A stretch of DNA of 64,000 nucleotides from Heterodontus francisci (GCF_036365525.1 NC_090375.1:196953631-197017630); one strand, 5' to 3'; positions 37,221 through 50,993 are shown, counted from the first letter of the stretch. The notes: generated from the letters alone by a model not told the origin. Numbers and translations are program-made.

Positions 37221-37318
37221 GTATCAAGTTATGGGGCAATGAGAACCGGGCGAGGAGGAATCTGGTGGCTTCCACCTTTTGGCCATCAACTTCCAGTACT
37301 TGGACTGCAGCGATTGAG
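37221..37318 (+). CDS. PKHD1L1: PKHD1L1 exon
   Basis: tcttttctag|GT...TGAG|gttaaa. GIKLWGNENRARRNLVASTFWPSTSSTWTAAIE. Confidence 0.87.
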
Positions 37319-38729
37319 GTTAAATCCATTATGTTTGTTTAAAAAGGGGGAATCACATTTAGCCAAGTTATTCTCTTGGCCCCGGGAGTTCAGGTTCATT
37401 TTCACCCCACAGACAGTGATCACCTGCCATCAGCGAATCCACCCAAATCCTATTGGATTGAAACTAGAGAATGAAATTCAGGCAGGTTCTAGGATGGGCA
37501 GTGTAAGGAAGTCTCTTCAAACTCAATTAAATGATTCCTCAAGGTTCAGGCTTGAGTGTATTATCCAAATGCAAGTTTATTGCTCATACACCAATAGTAT
37601 AACTGTTACAGTTATCTATAGACTGTCAACCTGGTTTCCTGCAGACCTGAGGAGATCAGGCTTGGTTTCTGTAGGAGCTGGGATTTTCCGACTGTCCTGT
37701 GAACTCTGACTACACGATGGCCTCAACCCGTTCTTATGTTTTCCTCTTTACCCGTCTGTCGCATATCGAAAAGACCTTCCGGGCATTATTGACGGGCCTT
37801 CTCCTTTAATGCAAATCATATCACCTAATGCCCAGAATGGATTTTGAAGTGACATTCCTTCTCACCAAACCGCCACACACTGACATAACAGCCATCATGT
37901 TGGTTTAAATGTTGATCAGTTTAAATTGATGTTTCCTGCCCGGCCATCAAAGGAACACCCTGAGCCATCCTAAATGGTTTAATGTGATCTTGCAGCTGTG
38001 CTAACTTCCATGCCTCCGTTATTCTGGCCAGTCTGATATTAATACCTCAAATGGAATGTTGCTGACCCATTTGCTTGATCCTGCTTCTCCATCCCCCCGA
38101 CTGATCTCCAATATTAGCAGATCCCAATTGGACAATGACCCTGAGATGTGATTACTTTGATGGAGCACCTGACACAAAGCAAGTCTAACAGGTGGGCAGA
38201 CGAATGGCTCCACTTGATTACCCACCATGGTGTCCACACATGGGCATGGAACCCAGGATAGAAAGTTATTAACATCTGGTTTTCCTTCCCTTCCCATTCA
38301 TTTATCCTCTTCATACCAATGGATTATGGTGATGTGTTCAGTCTGGGCAACAATGAAGACTTGTCCAGTTCAAGACTTTCAAAACTTTGGCCAAGGAGGT
38401 TAACACCCCAGCCCTGCAATTTGACCCCAACCCTGCACTCTGACCCCTGACCAGCACCAAGACCCTTGCATCCCAGTCCTGACCCTACAATATGGCCCCT
38501 TTAAGGATGGTTTCTTCCATTATAGTAAGGAGCAATTCCATTTGTTCTACCTTTAGATATTTAAAAAACAATCAGATATTGGAAAGAGTAGATGTGTAAG
38601 CAGTTGGGATTGACACTGACTGGTTGGGCTGAATGGCCTGTTGTAAATTCTTTGTAGGTGTTAATATTCTAAATTATTCTTTGCAAGATGCTGTGAAGTT
38701 AATAATTGGATGTTTTTTGATTTTTAAAG

Positions 38730-38820
38730 GTAAATCAAGGCTCCAATATTGTACTACAAGGGAATGTTGTTGTAGGATTTGAGAAGATTGGCTATCGGAT
38801 TAATGGGGAACCCTGTCCAG
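38730..38820 (+). CDS. PKHD1L1: PKHD1L1 exon
   Basis: tttttaaag|GTA...CCAG|gtgagt. VNQGSNIVLQGNVVVGFEKIGYRINGEPCP. Confidence 0.9.
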
Positions 38821-38959
38821 GTGAGTCTCAACCTTACAGACATCCTCACTCACATTGCGTCCCTCGTTTGTGTGAGTTTAATATTGTTTCACTCAGCCTA
38901 TCGGAACCAGCTACACTTGTGTATTGGTCATGGGTCTGGACCTGCAACCCAGAAACTGA

Positions 38960-39445
38960 GCTCAAATCTTGAAGGGACTGCAGAGCAGATTCACCAGAAT
39001 GATACCAGGGCTTAAAGGGTTAAATTATGAGGCCAGGTTGCATAAACTTGGCTTCTATTTCCTTGAGTTTAGAGTGTTGCCGGGTGATGTGAATGAGGTG
39101 CTTAAAATGTTAAACAGATACAACAGGTAGATAGAGAGAAACCACTTCTTCGGGTGGCAGGAGCAAGGTCAAGAGGGCATCATTTTAAAATAAGAGCTTG
39201 ACCATTTAGCAGTCCTGTCACTTCTTGACACAAAAAGGTCGTTGAAATCTGGAACTCTGTCCCCCAAAGATCTGTGGATGCTGGAGGACAATTGTTATTG
39301 GAAGATCGAGAAGGGTAAATCTTTGTTGGTTAAGAGTATCAAGGGATATGGAGCAAAGATGGGTAAATGGAGTTAAAATACAGATCCACCATGATCTAAT
39401 TGAATGGTGGAATAGGTTTAAGGGAATGATTGGCTTCCTCCTTTT
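38960..39445 (+). mobile_element. CR1 3' fragment
   Basis: cagagcagattcaccagaatgataccagggcttaaagggttaaattatgag...; CR1-type tail at about 39390-39440. Confidence 0.7.
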
Positions 39446-39796
39446 GGGGAGGGAAATTCAGAGTGTAGTGAGTTAGACAGCCAAAGGCACAGCCACCAAC
39501 GGTGGAGTGACTTGAGTGAGGGATGCACTAGTAGGCAAGAATTGGAGGAACACAGAGATCTCAGAGATTTGTGAAGCTGGAAGGCGTTACGGAGGTGAGG
39601 AGAGGCGAGACCATGGAGAAATTTGAAAGTGAGGATGAGGATTTTAAAATTGCGGTGTTGCTTTAACCGGGAGCCAATGCAGGACAGCGAGCAGAGGGGT
39701 GATGGGTGAATGGGACTTGGTGCGAGATAGGACGCGGAAACTTACAGAGGGTGGAAATGATCCATCAAATGTAAATTATTGCTTCATTGCCTGCAG

Positions 39797-39945
39797 AACA
39801 ATCAAATCCCGTTGAGGCCTGGTCTGAAAATGAGGTCCATGGAGGACTGTTCGGTATTTATATGAACCAAGATGGCCTTCCCTATTGTTCCCTTATCCAA
39901 GGATTCACTATCTGGAAATGCTGGGAATATGGGATATACTTTCAG
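39797..39945 (+). CDS. PKHD1L1: PKHD1L1 exon
   Basis: gcctgcag|AA...TTCAG|gtaaaa. NPVEAWSENEVHGGLFGIYMNQDGLP.CSLIQGFTIWKCWEYGIYFQ. Confidence 0.93.
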
Positions 39946-40369
39946 GTAAAAGCACCTATTATTTCTAGACCTTGTAGGAGCTTCTTATTCAGATCATCTG
40001 GAGAAAAAAGTTTTCTCAGTGCTGTTTGAGGCAGTAAATGGTATTTGTTAGTCAGAATAGAAGATTTCCACCTTGTGCTGAATGCTTGTTGAGTTTAGAT
40101 CACTCAAACACTAAGATAGATAATGTCTGGCAATTTACACTTATCTCTAACACTGCACCTAACACTGAAAGTATATTCGAAAAGCAAAGTACTGTTGATG
40201 CTAGAAATCTGAAACAAAAACAGAAAATGCTGGAAATACACAGCAGGTCAGGCGGTGTTTATTCTGCAGTAGAACTAGAGGGAGTGTGTGTGAGGTATGC
40301 TTCTGGATAACTGTGTCATTGGCAGTTAGGTCATATTATTTGTTCCGAGCAATTGTGCAGCTAAAAGCG

Positions 40370-40885
40370 TCACTTTAGAGTGCAGAAGCAAGGAGGCTAT
40401 GCTAAACCTTGATACATCACTGGGCTCCACACTTTAGGAACAATGTCAAGGCCTTGGAGAGGATGCAGAGGAGATTGGAGAAGCTGTGATTACCTTAGAG
40501 CAGAGAAAGCTAAGGGGAGATTTGATAGAGGTGTTCAAAATGATGAAGGGTTTTGAGTTTGCTAAGAGTAAAGAGGAGAAACTGTTTGCACTGGCAGGAG
40601 GGTCAGTAATCAGAGGACACATTTAAAATAATTGGCAAAAGATCCAGAGGAAAGATGAGGAAAAAACATTTGCACAACGAGTTGTGATCTGGAATGTGCT
40701 GCCTGAAAGGGCGGTGGAAGCAGATTCAATAGTAACTTTCAAAAGGGAATTGCAGCTCCACTTAAAAAGGAAAACAATTCAGGTCTGGGGAAAGAGCAGA
40801 GAAAGCAGGACTGATTGGATAGCTCTTTCAGTGAGCCAGCATAGGCATGATAGAGTGAATGGCCTCCTTTGGTGCTGTCAGATGC
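40370..40885 (+). mobile_element. CR1 3' fragment
   Basis: ORF 40684: IWNVLPERAVEADSIVTFKREL; tail gtgaatggcctccttt. Confidence 0.75.
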
Positions 40886-42065
40886 TATACAAACCGCTGT
40901 ATGTTCACATTCCCTAACAGAGGACACTGTTGCTATAGCAACAGATTGTGCCCACCTGGAAATTCTGCATGGCTCCCTTGAGTTTCCTGGTTCTGAAACC
41001 AATGTGTCGTTGTATGGTGATCACAGGTATCGATCCTGAACAACCTGCTCTGAAGAAGGGAATGAAATGGAAAAGCCTATTTCATCATGTGCTATAGCAT
41101 TGTAACTATTGGTACCACCACAATACCTGATGTCATAACTCTGATAAGTGACTCTAATCTTTAATAACATACAGTTCCTTAATCCCCATGTAATTCACCA
41201 GCATGTGTATATAGCTTGCAGAGGGTGAAATGGAGCAGGACCTTGTCAATCCATTGATCTGAACTCAACCAGCTGGCCTTTCAGTCCAATTGTACAGTTT
41301 ATTAAAACGTTTGGGGATTAACAAGGCACAGGGCAAAGGAAAAGGGAGGATGGTTGTCATTTGACATAATTTGAATTCTGGCACATGATATTGGTAAACC
41401 AGATTTTGAAAGCCCAGCTGCCATCAACATCTGGCTGTCTCACAAAACTGTTTAAGTTTTTTGTGCCTTTTTTGAGTGGTCGCCAACCGTTCCTTGAGGC
41501 AGCTCAAAAGCCGGGAATACCATACACTGGTCCCACATCACTGCAAGGGAGGATAGGAAGTTCCATCTCCACAAGGCCACCGCAGAGAGTTCATCATGTG
41601 GGGACCAATTCCGTCTACCTGTCCCATCATAATCCCGCTGAGTTTGTGGGCATTTCTCAGGACTAGTGATGGTAAAACAACGGAACTAACTAGGGTTGGA
41701 TTCAAAGCACCCAAACTGTGAGCTAAAGGTTATTAATCCACTCTAAAGCCAGCAGAGGTTAGTTTCAAAGTAGCATTGTTGGAGATCTGTACATAGCAAT
41801 GGCCCTACCTGCCAGTGATAGTACGCATCACAGGGAGATTGTAAAACTAAAGGTGTAAGATGGTGAGGACAGGTTGTATTGACTTGTTTTGTATTCTCTT
41901 GAGTTTACAAGGTTGAGTGATGATCTGATTGTCATGTTAAAAATGCTAAACAGATTTGATAGGGTGGATAGAGAGAAACTATTTCCTCTGACAGGGGGAG
42001 TCCAGAACAAGGGGGCAGAACCTTAATTATCCAGAATGAAACATAACCCGTTTTTGTTATTCCAG

Positions 42066-42188
42066 ACAGAAGAATCAGTGCAAATCTCGAATGTGACTCT
42101 GGTGGACAATGGACTGGGTATTTTTCCGATCGTTTATGGACCCCCAGCGACTTCTCACCAGATATCTAATAAGAGCATTCTTATTAAT
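42066..42188 (+). CDS. PKHD1L1: PKHD1L1 exon
   Basis: ttattccag|ACA...AAT|gtaggt. TEESVQISNVTLVDNGLGIFPIVYGPPATSHQISNKSILIN. Confidence 0.92.
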
Positions 42189-42396
42189 GTAGGTCATCTT
42201 ACTCTGCTGCATTGTACTGCTGAGTGATCAACTGTTCACAGTCATGCTGTCGATTTGAAAGCTTTTTCACTTATCAGTAAACGTAGTCAACAGTGATTGT
42301 GGTTTCTATCTTTCATTTAGATGTCATTGTGTAGATTGGGATATTTAATAAATTTGAAGAGGAGGGGTAAATTCAAAACTAATCTACAGGAACAAT

Positions 42397-43119
42397 TGGC
42401 CGGATTTTACTCTGGCCACAGGGTCCCTGAGGCGGGTGGGAAGGTAGGGAGGGGAGACCCTGCATTGGCCCTCTCTTGGACCCCTGGTGGAATTCCATGG
42501 CAGGCAGATGATTAACCGCCAGCCAATTGGAGTTCTGGCAGCTCAGCAGTACCAGCAGCACCACTGGGAGTGGTGGCCATTGCTGGTATTGCAGGAGGCC
42601 TGCAATGGCAGAGATGTCAGAGACCCCGGGATGCAGGTAAGAGGGGTCGGGATTGCTGGGGGCAGTCAGGAAGGCCCCTGGAGGGGGTTGGGGGGTTGTT
42701 TGTGAGGTTGTCTGGCTGCGGTGGTGGCCATTGCCACCGAGAGAGGCCCTCCATAGGCCATGGATTGCCTCCAGAGGAGGGACACCCCCACAAGCCCACT
42801 AGGTGGCCATCTGGTCTCACCTGGCGGTGTCTCCAAGCAGCAGCTGGTCCCTCCGATGTTGGTTAAATGGAAGTGGAGGCAAGAAGCTGCCCTGAGTAGC
42901 CCTTAATTGGCCACTTAATTGGCTCAATTGGCTTTGGGAGGCAGGGCCATCTTTCTCCTTCCCCGCCACGGTCAAAGTGGCATGGGGGCAGGACAACGTC
43001 AGGCACGCTGTCCAATGCCACTCCATGCCATTTTGTGAGCCAGCCCGTGCAGCCCCCTCCACCCCCCCCCCCCCCCCCCCCACCATTCCTATTGCCAAAG
43101 GCAGCATAAAGTCCTGTCC
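42397..43119. mobile_element. GC-rich MITE-like element (same family as 13093)
   Basis: Ends ggccggattttac ... ataaagtcctgtcc; shared internal motifs (cagccaat, cagcaccactgggagtggtggcca, cttaattggccacttaa). Confidence 0.55.
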
Positions 43120-43526
43120 AATATTTCAGTGAGCGAGTGGTCAATCTATGGAACTAGGGAGATGGTGGAAGCAGTTAGTATAGATTCATTCAGAAGTAAA
43201 TTAGATAGAAACCTATCAGCAAATAACATTTTGGGATAGAGTATAGGAGTAATTTGAGACATGGCAATGTGGTAAGTGGAGTGTGCTCAGGAGGAACAGG
43301 TGACTTCGGACCTATGGTTCCCAAAGCTCTCCGTCACTGGGGGTTTTCCTCATCTCATATCTGGATCTGCTTTAGACTCACTGATACAGATTGATCGTCG
43401 TGATTGGTCAATAACTCCATTATTGGTTTCTCGTGTGACTACCAGGGTGGGAGAAACGGAACTAGATGAAATTTGTTTTTTTATTGTCCAATGATTGCTA
43501 TGTTTCCTGTCTGTGTTTTTCTAAAG

Positions 43527-43635
43527 AACGCCTTGGTGGTAGGAATTAGTCCCAACTTCAACTGCTCGGATATACAGGGTGACGATTCTATTCTGAGCAG
43601 CAGCGAGGGTAATCAGAATTCCAGACGACTTTCCG
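43527..43635 (+). CDS. PKHD1L1: PKHD1L1 exon
   Basis: tttttctaaag|AAC...TCCG|gtaagg. NALVVGISPNFNCSDI...SRRLS. Confidence 0.87.
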
Positions 43636-44654
43636 GTAAGGACCAGTTTCAAACAAAGGACGAATGCAAGTGTGGTTTCTCCGAGTAGAATCATAGAACA
43701 GTACAGCACAGAAGGAGGCCATTCAGTCCATTGAATCAGCATTGGTTCTTTTGAAGGCGTTAGTCTCACTCCCCTGCTCTGTCGCCCATATCCCTGCAAT
43801 TTCTTCCCCTGCAAATATTTATCCAATTCCCTTTTGAAAGTTACTATTGAATCTGTGTCCATCAACAACATCAAGCAGTACATTCCAGATTCGAACCACT
43901 CGTTGCATAAAAGGTTTACTTCATGTCCCCTCTGGTTCTTTTGCCAATCACCTTAAAGCTATGCCCTCTAGTTATCAACTCTTCAGCCATTGGAAATGTT
44001 TCTTTCCCCACCTTTCTCTCCTCTTCCACCCCCTTTAAAATTGGACCATTTAGCTTGTGTTGTCTTCCCTAATCCTTCCTATCAAAATGTATCACCTCAC
44101 ACTTTCCTGAGTTGAATTTTATTTGCCATGTGTCTGTTCAGTCCATCAACCTGTCTATGCCCCCTTGAAGGTTATTACTGCCCTCCTCAGTGTTTGCTCC
44201 ACTGCCAAGTTCGTGTCATCTGCAGATTTCAAAACTGTGCCCTGTCCCCCCATGTCTAAGTCAGTAATGTATACCAAAAACATCAGTAGTCCTTCGAGAA
44301 CACCACTATAAACCTCCCTCCAGTCCTGTTTTCTATCCCTTAATGTATCCCTATTGCTACTGTCCCGACTGTCCATTGCTAATGAGAGGGAAGCAGAGAA
44401 GAAAATGGATGACAGATATAATGGACTGGATGCAGTTGACTTATGCAGAATGTGTAAAGGCCAGCACAGGACAGACAGAGGTGGAGATCCGTGACAGTCA
44501 ACCTTCAGGGAAGAAGATGAAACCAATGAACAAACAAACTGTCCATATCCGATGGGGTTTCAATTTTGCCTAATATGTTGTACTTTATCAAATTCCTGTA
44601 CTGCCTTCATCCCCCCTCTCTGTTACCTCATCAAAAAACTTAAATCAAGTTTTT

Positions 44655-47600
44655 AGAACATTACAGCGCAGTACGGGCCCTTCGGCCCTCGATGTTGCGC
44701 CGACCTGTGAAACCATCTGACCATTTTCATCCATATGTCTATCCAATGACCACTTAAATGCCCTTAAAGTTGGCGAGTCTACTACTGTTGCAGGCAGGGC
44801 GTTCCACGCCCCTACTACTCTTTGAGTAACGAAACTACCTCTGACATCTGTCCTATATCTATCACCCCTCAACCTAAAGCTATGTCCCCTCGTGTTTGCC
44901 ATCACCATCCGAGGAAAAAGACTCTCACTATCCACCCTATCTAACCCTCTGATTATCTTATATGTCTCTATTAAGTCACCTCTCCTCCTCCTTCTCTCCA
45001 ACGAAAACAACCTCAAGTCCCTCAGCCTTTCCTCGTAAGACCTTCCCTCCATACCAGGCAACATCCTAGTAAATCTCCTCTGCACCCTTTCCAAAGCTTC
45101 CACATCCTTCCTATCATGCGGTGACCAGAACTGCACGCAATACTCCAGGTGCGGCCGCACCAGAGTTTTGTACAGCTGCAGCATGACCTCGTGGCTCCGA
45201 AACTCGATCCCCCTACTAATAAAAGCTAACACACCATATGCCTTCTTAACAGCCCTATTAACCTGGGTGGCAACTTTCAGGGATTTATGTACCTGGACAC
45301 CAAGATCTCTCTGTTCATCTACACTACCAAGAATCTTCCCATTAGCCCAGTACTCTGCATTCCTGTTACTCCTTCCAAAGTGAATCACCTCACACTTTTC
45401 CGCATTAAACTCCATTTGCCATCTCTCAGCCCATCTCTGCAGCCTATCTATGTCCCTCTGTAACCTACAACATCCTTCGGCACTATCCACAACTCCACCG
45501 ACCTTCGTGTCATCCGCAAATTTACTAACCCACCCTTCTACACCCTCATCCAGGTCATTTATAAAAATGACAAACAGCAGTTGTCCCAAAACAGATCCTT
45601 GCGGTACACCACTAGTAACTAAACTCCAGGATGAACATTTGCCATCAACCACCACCCTCTGTCTTCTTTCAGCTAGCCAATTTCTGATCCAAAGCACTAA
45701 ATCACCTTCAATCCCATACTTCCGTATTTTCTGCAATAGCCTTACTGAAATCCATATACACCACATCCACGGCTTTACCCTCATCTACCTGTTTGGTCAC
45801 CTTCTCGAAAAACTCAATAAGGTTTGTGAGGCACGACCTACCCTTCACAAAACCGTGCTGACTATCGCTAATGAACTTATTCTTTTCAAGATGATTATAA
45901 ATCTATCTCTTATAACCTTTTCCAACATTTTACCCACAACCGAAGTAAGGCTCACAGGTCTATAATTACCAGGGCTGTCTCTACTCCCCTTCTTGAACAA
46001 GGGGGCAACATTTGCTATCCTCCAGTCTTCCGGCACTGATCAAGGACAAAGGCTCTGCAATCTCCTCCCTGGCTTCCCAGAGAATCCTAGGATAAATCCC
46101 ATCTGGCCCAGGGGACTTATCTATTTTCACACTTTCCAAAATTGCTAACACCTCCTCCTTGTGAACCTCAATCCCATCTAGCCTAGTAGTCTGTATCTCA
46201 GTATTCTCCTCGACAACATTTTCTTTCTCTACTGTAAATACTGACGCAAAATATTCATTTAACGCTTCCTCTATCTCCTCTGATTCCACACACAACTTCC
46301 CACTGCTATCCTTGATTGGCTCTAATCTAACTCTAGTCATTCTTTTATTCCTGATATACCTATAGAAAGCCTTAGGGTTTTCCCTGATCCTATCCGCCAA
46401 TGACTTCTCGTGTCCTCTCCTCGCTCTTCTAAGCTCTCCCTTTAGATCATTCCTGTCTAGCTTGTAACTCTCAAGTGCCCTAACTGAGCCTTCACGTCTC
46501 ATCCTAACATAAGCTGCCTTCTTCCTCTTGACAAGCGCTTCAACTTCTTTAGTAAACCACGGCTCCCTCGCTCGACAACTTCCTCCCTGCCTGACAGGTA
46601 CATACTTATCAAGGACACGCAGTAGCTGCTCCTTGAATAAGCTCCACATTTCGATTGTGCCCATCCCCTGCAGTTTCCTTCCCCATCCTACGCATCCTAA
46701 ATCTTGCCTAATCGCATCATAATTTCCTTTCCCTCAGCTATAATTCTTGCCCTGCGGTATATACCTGTCCCTGCCCATCGCTAATGTAAACCTAACCGAA
46801 TTGTGATCACAAAGTGCTCACCTACATCTAAATCTAACACCTGGCCGGGTTCATTACCCAGTACCAAATCCAATGCGGCATCGCCCCTGGTTGGCCTGTC
46901 TACATACTGTGTCAGAAAACCCTCCTGCACACACTGGACAAAAACTGACCCATCTAAAGTACTCGAACTATAGTATTTCTAGTCAATATTTGGAAAGTTA
47001 AAGTCCCCCATAACAACTACCCTGTTACTCTCGCCCCTGTCGAGAATTATCTTCGCTATCTTTTCCTCTACATCTCTGGAACTATTCGGAGGTCTATAGA
47101 ATACTCCCAACAGGGTGACCTCTCCTCTCCTGTTTCTAACCTCGGCCCATACTACCTCAGTAGACGAGTCCTCAAATGTCCTTTCTGCCGCCGTAATACC
47201 CTCCTTGATTAACAATGCCACACCCCCCCCTCTTTTACCATCATCTCTGTTCTTACTGAAACATCTAAATCCCGGAACCTGCAACATCCATTCCTGTCCC
47301 TGCTCCACCCATGTCTCCGAAATTGCCACAACATCGAGATCCCAGGTACCAACCCATGCTGCAAGCTCACCCACCTTATTCCGGATGCTCCTGGCGTTGA
47401 AGTAGACACACTTTAAACCAAGTTCTTGCTTGCCAGTGCCCTCTTGCATCCTTGTAACCTTATCCCTGACCTCACTACTCTCAACATCCTGTACACTGGA
47501 ACTACAATTTAGGTTCCCATCCCCCTGCTGAATTAGTTTAAACCCCCCCGAAGAGCACTAGCAAATCTCCCCCCCAGGATATTGGTACCCCTCTGGTTCA

Positions 47601-48709
47601 GGTGAAGACCATCCTGTTTGTAGAGGTCCCACCTACCCCAGAAAGAGCCCCAATTATCCAGGAAACCAAAACCCTCCCTCCTACACCATCCCTGCAGCCA
47701 CGTGTTCAACTCCTCTCTCTCCCTATTCCTCGCTTCGCTAGCACGTGGCACGGGCAACAACCCAGAGATAACAACTCTGTTTGTTCTTGCTCTAAGCTTC
47801 CACCCTAGCTCCCTGAATTTCTGCCTTAAATCCCCATCTCTCTTCCTACCTATGTCCTTGGTGCCTATGTGGACCACGACTTGGGGCTGCTCCCCCTCCC
47901 CCTTAAGGATCCCAAAAACACGATCCGAGACATCACGAACCCTGGCACCTGGGAGGCAACACGCCAACCGTGAGTCTGTCTCGTTCCCACAGAACCTCCT
48001 ATCTGTTCCCCTAACTATGGAGTCCCCAATGACTAATGCTCTGCTCCTCTTCCCCCTTCCCTTCTGAGCAACAGGGACAGATTCTGTGCCAGAGACCTGT
48101 ACCCCATTGCTTACCCCTGGTAAGTCGTCCCCCCCAACAGTATCCAAAACGGTATACCTGTTGTTGAGGGAAACGGCCACAGGGGATCCCTGCACTGCCT
48201 GCTGGTTCCCTCTCCTTCCCCTGACGGTAACCCATCTACCTACTTCTTTTACCTGAGGTGTGACTACCTCCCTATAACTCCTCTCAATAACACCCTCCGT
48301 CTCCCGAATGATCCGAAGTTCATCCAGCTCCAGCTCCCTAACGCAGTTCTGGAGGAGCTGGAGTTGGGTGCACTTCCCGCAGATGCAGTCAGCAGGGACA
48401 CTCTTGGCGACCCTTACCTCCCACATTCTGCAGGAGGAACATTCAACTGCCTTAACTTCCATTCCCACTATTCTAAATTCCCAACAAATCTACTGAAAAC
48501 CAAAAAAAAAAAGTAAAAACTTGTTAGCTTAGCAATCCGACGGACTGAACTTTTTTTTTGGTTAGAGGAGGAGGATGGGTGGGAGACAGCACGCGAGTAG
48601 TGTTTTAGGTAAAGCAACCGCCCAAATATGTAACCTCACTTACCCAGCAGTCCCGCGTGCGCTCCGCCTATACACGAGAAATGGCTTCCGATTTCTTGGC
48701 GCGCTTTTC
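44655..48709 (-). mobile_element. Near full-length, relatively young CR1 LINE
   Basis: 5' UTR at about 48470-48709 (cut by the gap), ORF1, ORF2 in long open segments (47449-46979 endonuclease; 46664-45981; 45784-44645 RT with FADDTK), 3' tail at about 44655. Confidence 0.95.
47533..48468 (-). CDS. CR1 ORF1p (N-terminal Cys motif, coiled coil, SGNH/GDSL esterase domain), 311 aa, open
   Basis: CSSCRMWE...CGKC, LVIGDSIVR, CLPGARVRDV, HIGTKD, DGLHLN. Confidence 0.9.
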   Translation of the reverse strand: MGMEVKAVECSSCRMWEVRVAKSVPADCICGKCTQLQLLQNCVRELELDELRIIRETEGVIERSYREVVTPQVKEVGRWVTVRGRRGNQQAVQGSPVAVSLNNRYTVLDTVGGDDLPGVSNGVQVSGTESVPVAQKGRGKRSRALVIGDSIVRGTDRRFCGNETDSRLACCLPGARVRDVSDRVFGILKGEGEQPQVVVHIGTKDIGRKRDGDLRQKFRELGWKLRARTNRVVISGLLPVPRASEARNREREELNTWLQGWCRREGFGFLDNWGSFWGRWDLYKQDGLHLNQRGTNILGGRFASALRGGLN

Positions 48710-48858
48710 NNNNNNNNNNNNNNNNNNNNNNNNNNNNNNNNNNNNNNNNNNNNNNNNNNNNNNNNNNNNNNNNNNNNNNNNNNNNNNNNNNNNNNNNNNN
48801 NNNNNNNNNNNNNNNNNNNNNNNNNNNNNNNNNNNNNNNNNNNNNNNNNNNNNNNNNN
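48710..48858. other. Assembly gap (149 N)
   Basis: Run of n. Confidence 1.
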
Positions 48859-49336
48859 AACATGATTTGCCCTTAACAAATCCATGCTGGATCTCTTTTA
48901 TTAGTCCAGGCTTGTCCAAGTGCTGTTAATTTTCTCCTGGATTATTGTCTCTAAAAGCTTCCCCACCGCTGACATTAAACTGCTTGGCCTGTAATTGCCA
49001 TGTTTCTCCTTCTCCCCATTTAAAATCAAGAATGTAACTTTTGCAATCCTCCGGGCCTTTGGTACCGCCCCTGTATCTAAGAAGGATTAGAAGATTGTGG
49101 CCACCATCTCAGCAATTTCTACCTACCGTCAGCGATCTAGAATGCATCCCATCGGGACTGGGTGACTTATCCACTTTAAATACTGCCACCCTACTAGTGC
49201 TTCACTTTTATCCAATTTCATCTCATCCAGTATCCCGGAAACCCTCTCGTTTACCTTAGTTTTGGAAAAGTCCTCTTCCTTGGTATAATATACTTGTGTA
49301 GCCTGTGATTAATGTGTGTCCTGTTTCATTGACCAG

Positions 49337-49453
49337 CGGGTAGGAGTGGGATATGCTGGCCAACCTTTGCCTCTGCTAAGAACTCGGCGCCCTTGTATCC
49401 ACACGCTGGTTTGATTAGCTACCCTGCAATCAGTGGACGAATGACCGTGCAGA
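49337..49453 (+). CDS. PKHD1L1: PKHD1L1 exon
   Basis: ttgaccag|CG...CAGA|gtaagt. AGRSGICWPTFASAKNSAPLYPHAGLISYPAISGRMTVQ (not in the ORF track because it has no start codon). Confidence 0.9.
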
Positions 49454-50827
49454 GTAAGTAAAGAAATAGCACTGACTTTGTGTGAATTTAGCCCTGAGTA
49501 CAGCCATAAAATGATCTCTCTCGGTACAGGACAGAAATGCCCTTTGCCTGTGTAAGTCACTACATTTCAAATGGTTTATGAAACACCTTTACTTGTTGCT
49601 GAATGAAAGACGTTATATGAATGAAAGGATTATTGTAACTGGATGGGGTCTAGGGTTTTAATCCTCACATGACAGCACGCATAACAAGAATCAAAAAAAG
49701 CTCACTCAAAAAGACAGTAAGATCCCACTCCCTGTACAACATACACCACCGAATATAGCCACCTACTTTCGGGTAACTTTTTGATGATTGCATGCATCTG
49801 AAAAAAAGATTTTTGCACATCGGGACTAGTCACAGATCGTGTCATGGTTCTGTTGCTGAACTAATAATCCAGAGAACATGAGTTCAAATCCCTAGGTGGG
49901 CAGTTTGGGAATTCAAACTCCGTTTAAGAGATCCAGAAATATAAAGCTGATCTCAGTAAGAGTCCCTGAAGCTGTCGGATCATCATAAAAACCCAACACC
50001 CTCAATAACACACTCTTTTGGAAATGGAACCTGCTACCCTTACCCTATACCTGATTGCAGTCGCACCCCAACATAGCTGACTATTGACTGCCCTCTGAAA
50101 TGGCCCAGCACTCTTCTGAGTAGTGGACATTTAGGATGTATAATTAATTCCTTCCTTGGCAGTGATGCCCATGCATTGAATTTAAAGAAATAATGCCAAC
50201 TGATTCCACACTTTGAAGGGGTGAGTTCCTGAGATATCCCACCACTGTCCAACACAGAGCAATGAAAGATGAACTTGTGACCCTCATAAGCCTGGGAAAA
50301 TTAGTTCCTTGCACAAGGGGTCAGCAACCTTGCTCACGAAGCCTGAAAGAATCTTGCTTGAACTCACTGCCGCATGTGCCTGAGTTCTCTAATTACTAAA
50401 TGCCTGGTCACATTTAGCATTCATCTTCTTTCCCGGTATAGCATTCATTTGGTGAGTTTGTGCTTTCTAACTGTTGAGAGACTCCACTGAATTATTTTTT
50501 TTTCAAGCACATACTACTTTTCTAAACTTTACTTAGATTACATACAGGTGCCTCAGCGCAGTGTTTGGGAAAGGTGATGTGAATAATGTGCATTACTTGC
50601 AGCAGGACTATGTTTGCTGAGAAGATTATCAGTAGCATGACATCCACTGAGCCAGTGAGCCAATACACTCGATGCATCCAGTGAGTAAGTGTGCAGCATG
50701 AACAAGACAGCATTAGGACCCTGAAAAGACATGTATCATCTCTGAGTTTGTTAAATATGTGAAACTGAAACATTTGTCATTTTGTTAGTTCAGTGTGACC
50801 TAATTATTGATTTTTCTCCAATTGAAG

Positions 50828-50993
50828 ATACGACATTTGTTGGATTCAAGGGTATGTGCTCCAAAGAGGTGAATGCCATGTTTATCACGAACCCTCAGAA
50901 TGAGGATCTGCAGCACCCCATTCTAGTGAAAGGAATCACTATTGAAGACAGTGAGGAGAGAGGCAAAGTTTTCATACACAGACCCAATGTAAA
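50828..50993 (+). CDS. PKHD1L1: PKHD1L1 exon
   Basis: caattgaag|AT...GTAAA|gtgagt. TTFVGFKGMCSKEVNAMFITNPQNEDLQHPI...KVFIHRPNV. Confidence 0.9.

Larger units (their letters stand above)
43685..49285 (-). mobile_element. Old CR1 copy split by a younger CR1 insertion (segments 43685-44650 and 48859-49285)
   Basis: Left segment ends ...aaaaaacttaaatcaagtt and right segment resumes aacatgatttgcccttaacaaatcc, which is contiguous RT sequence (QHGFVKGKSC on the minus strand). Confidence 0.75.

Noticed and set aside
48575-48929. ORFs spanning the N run
   Set aside because: Created by the assembly gap.
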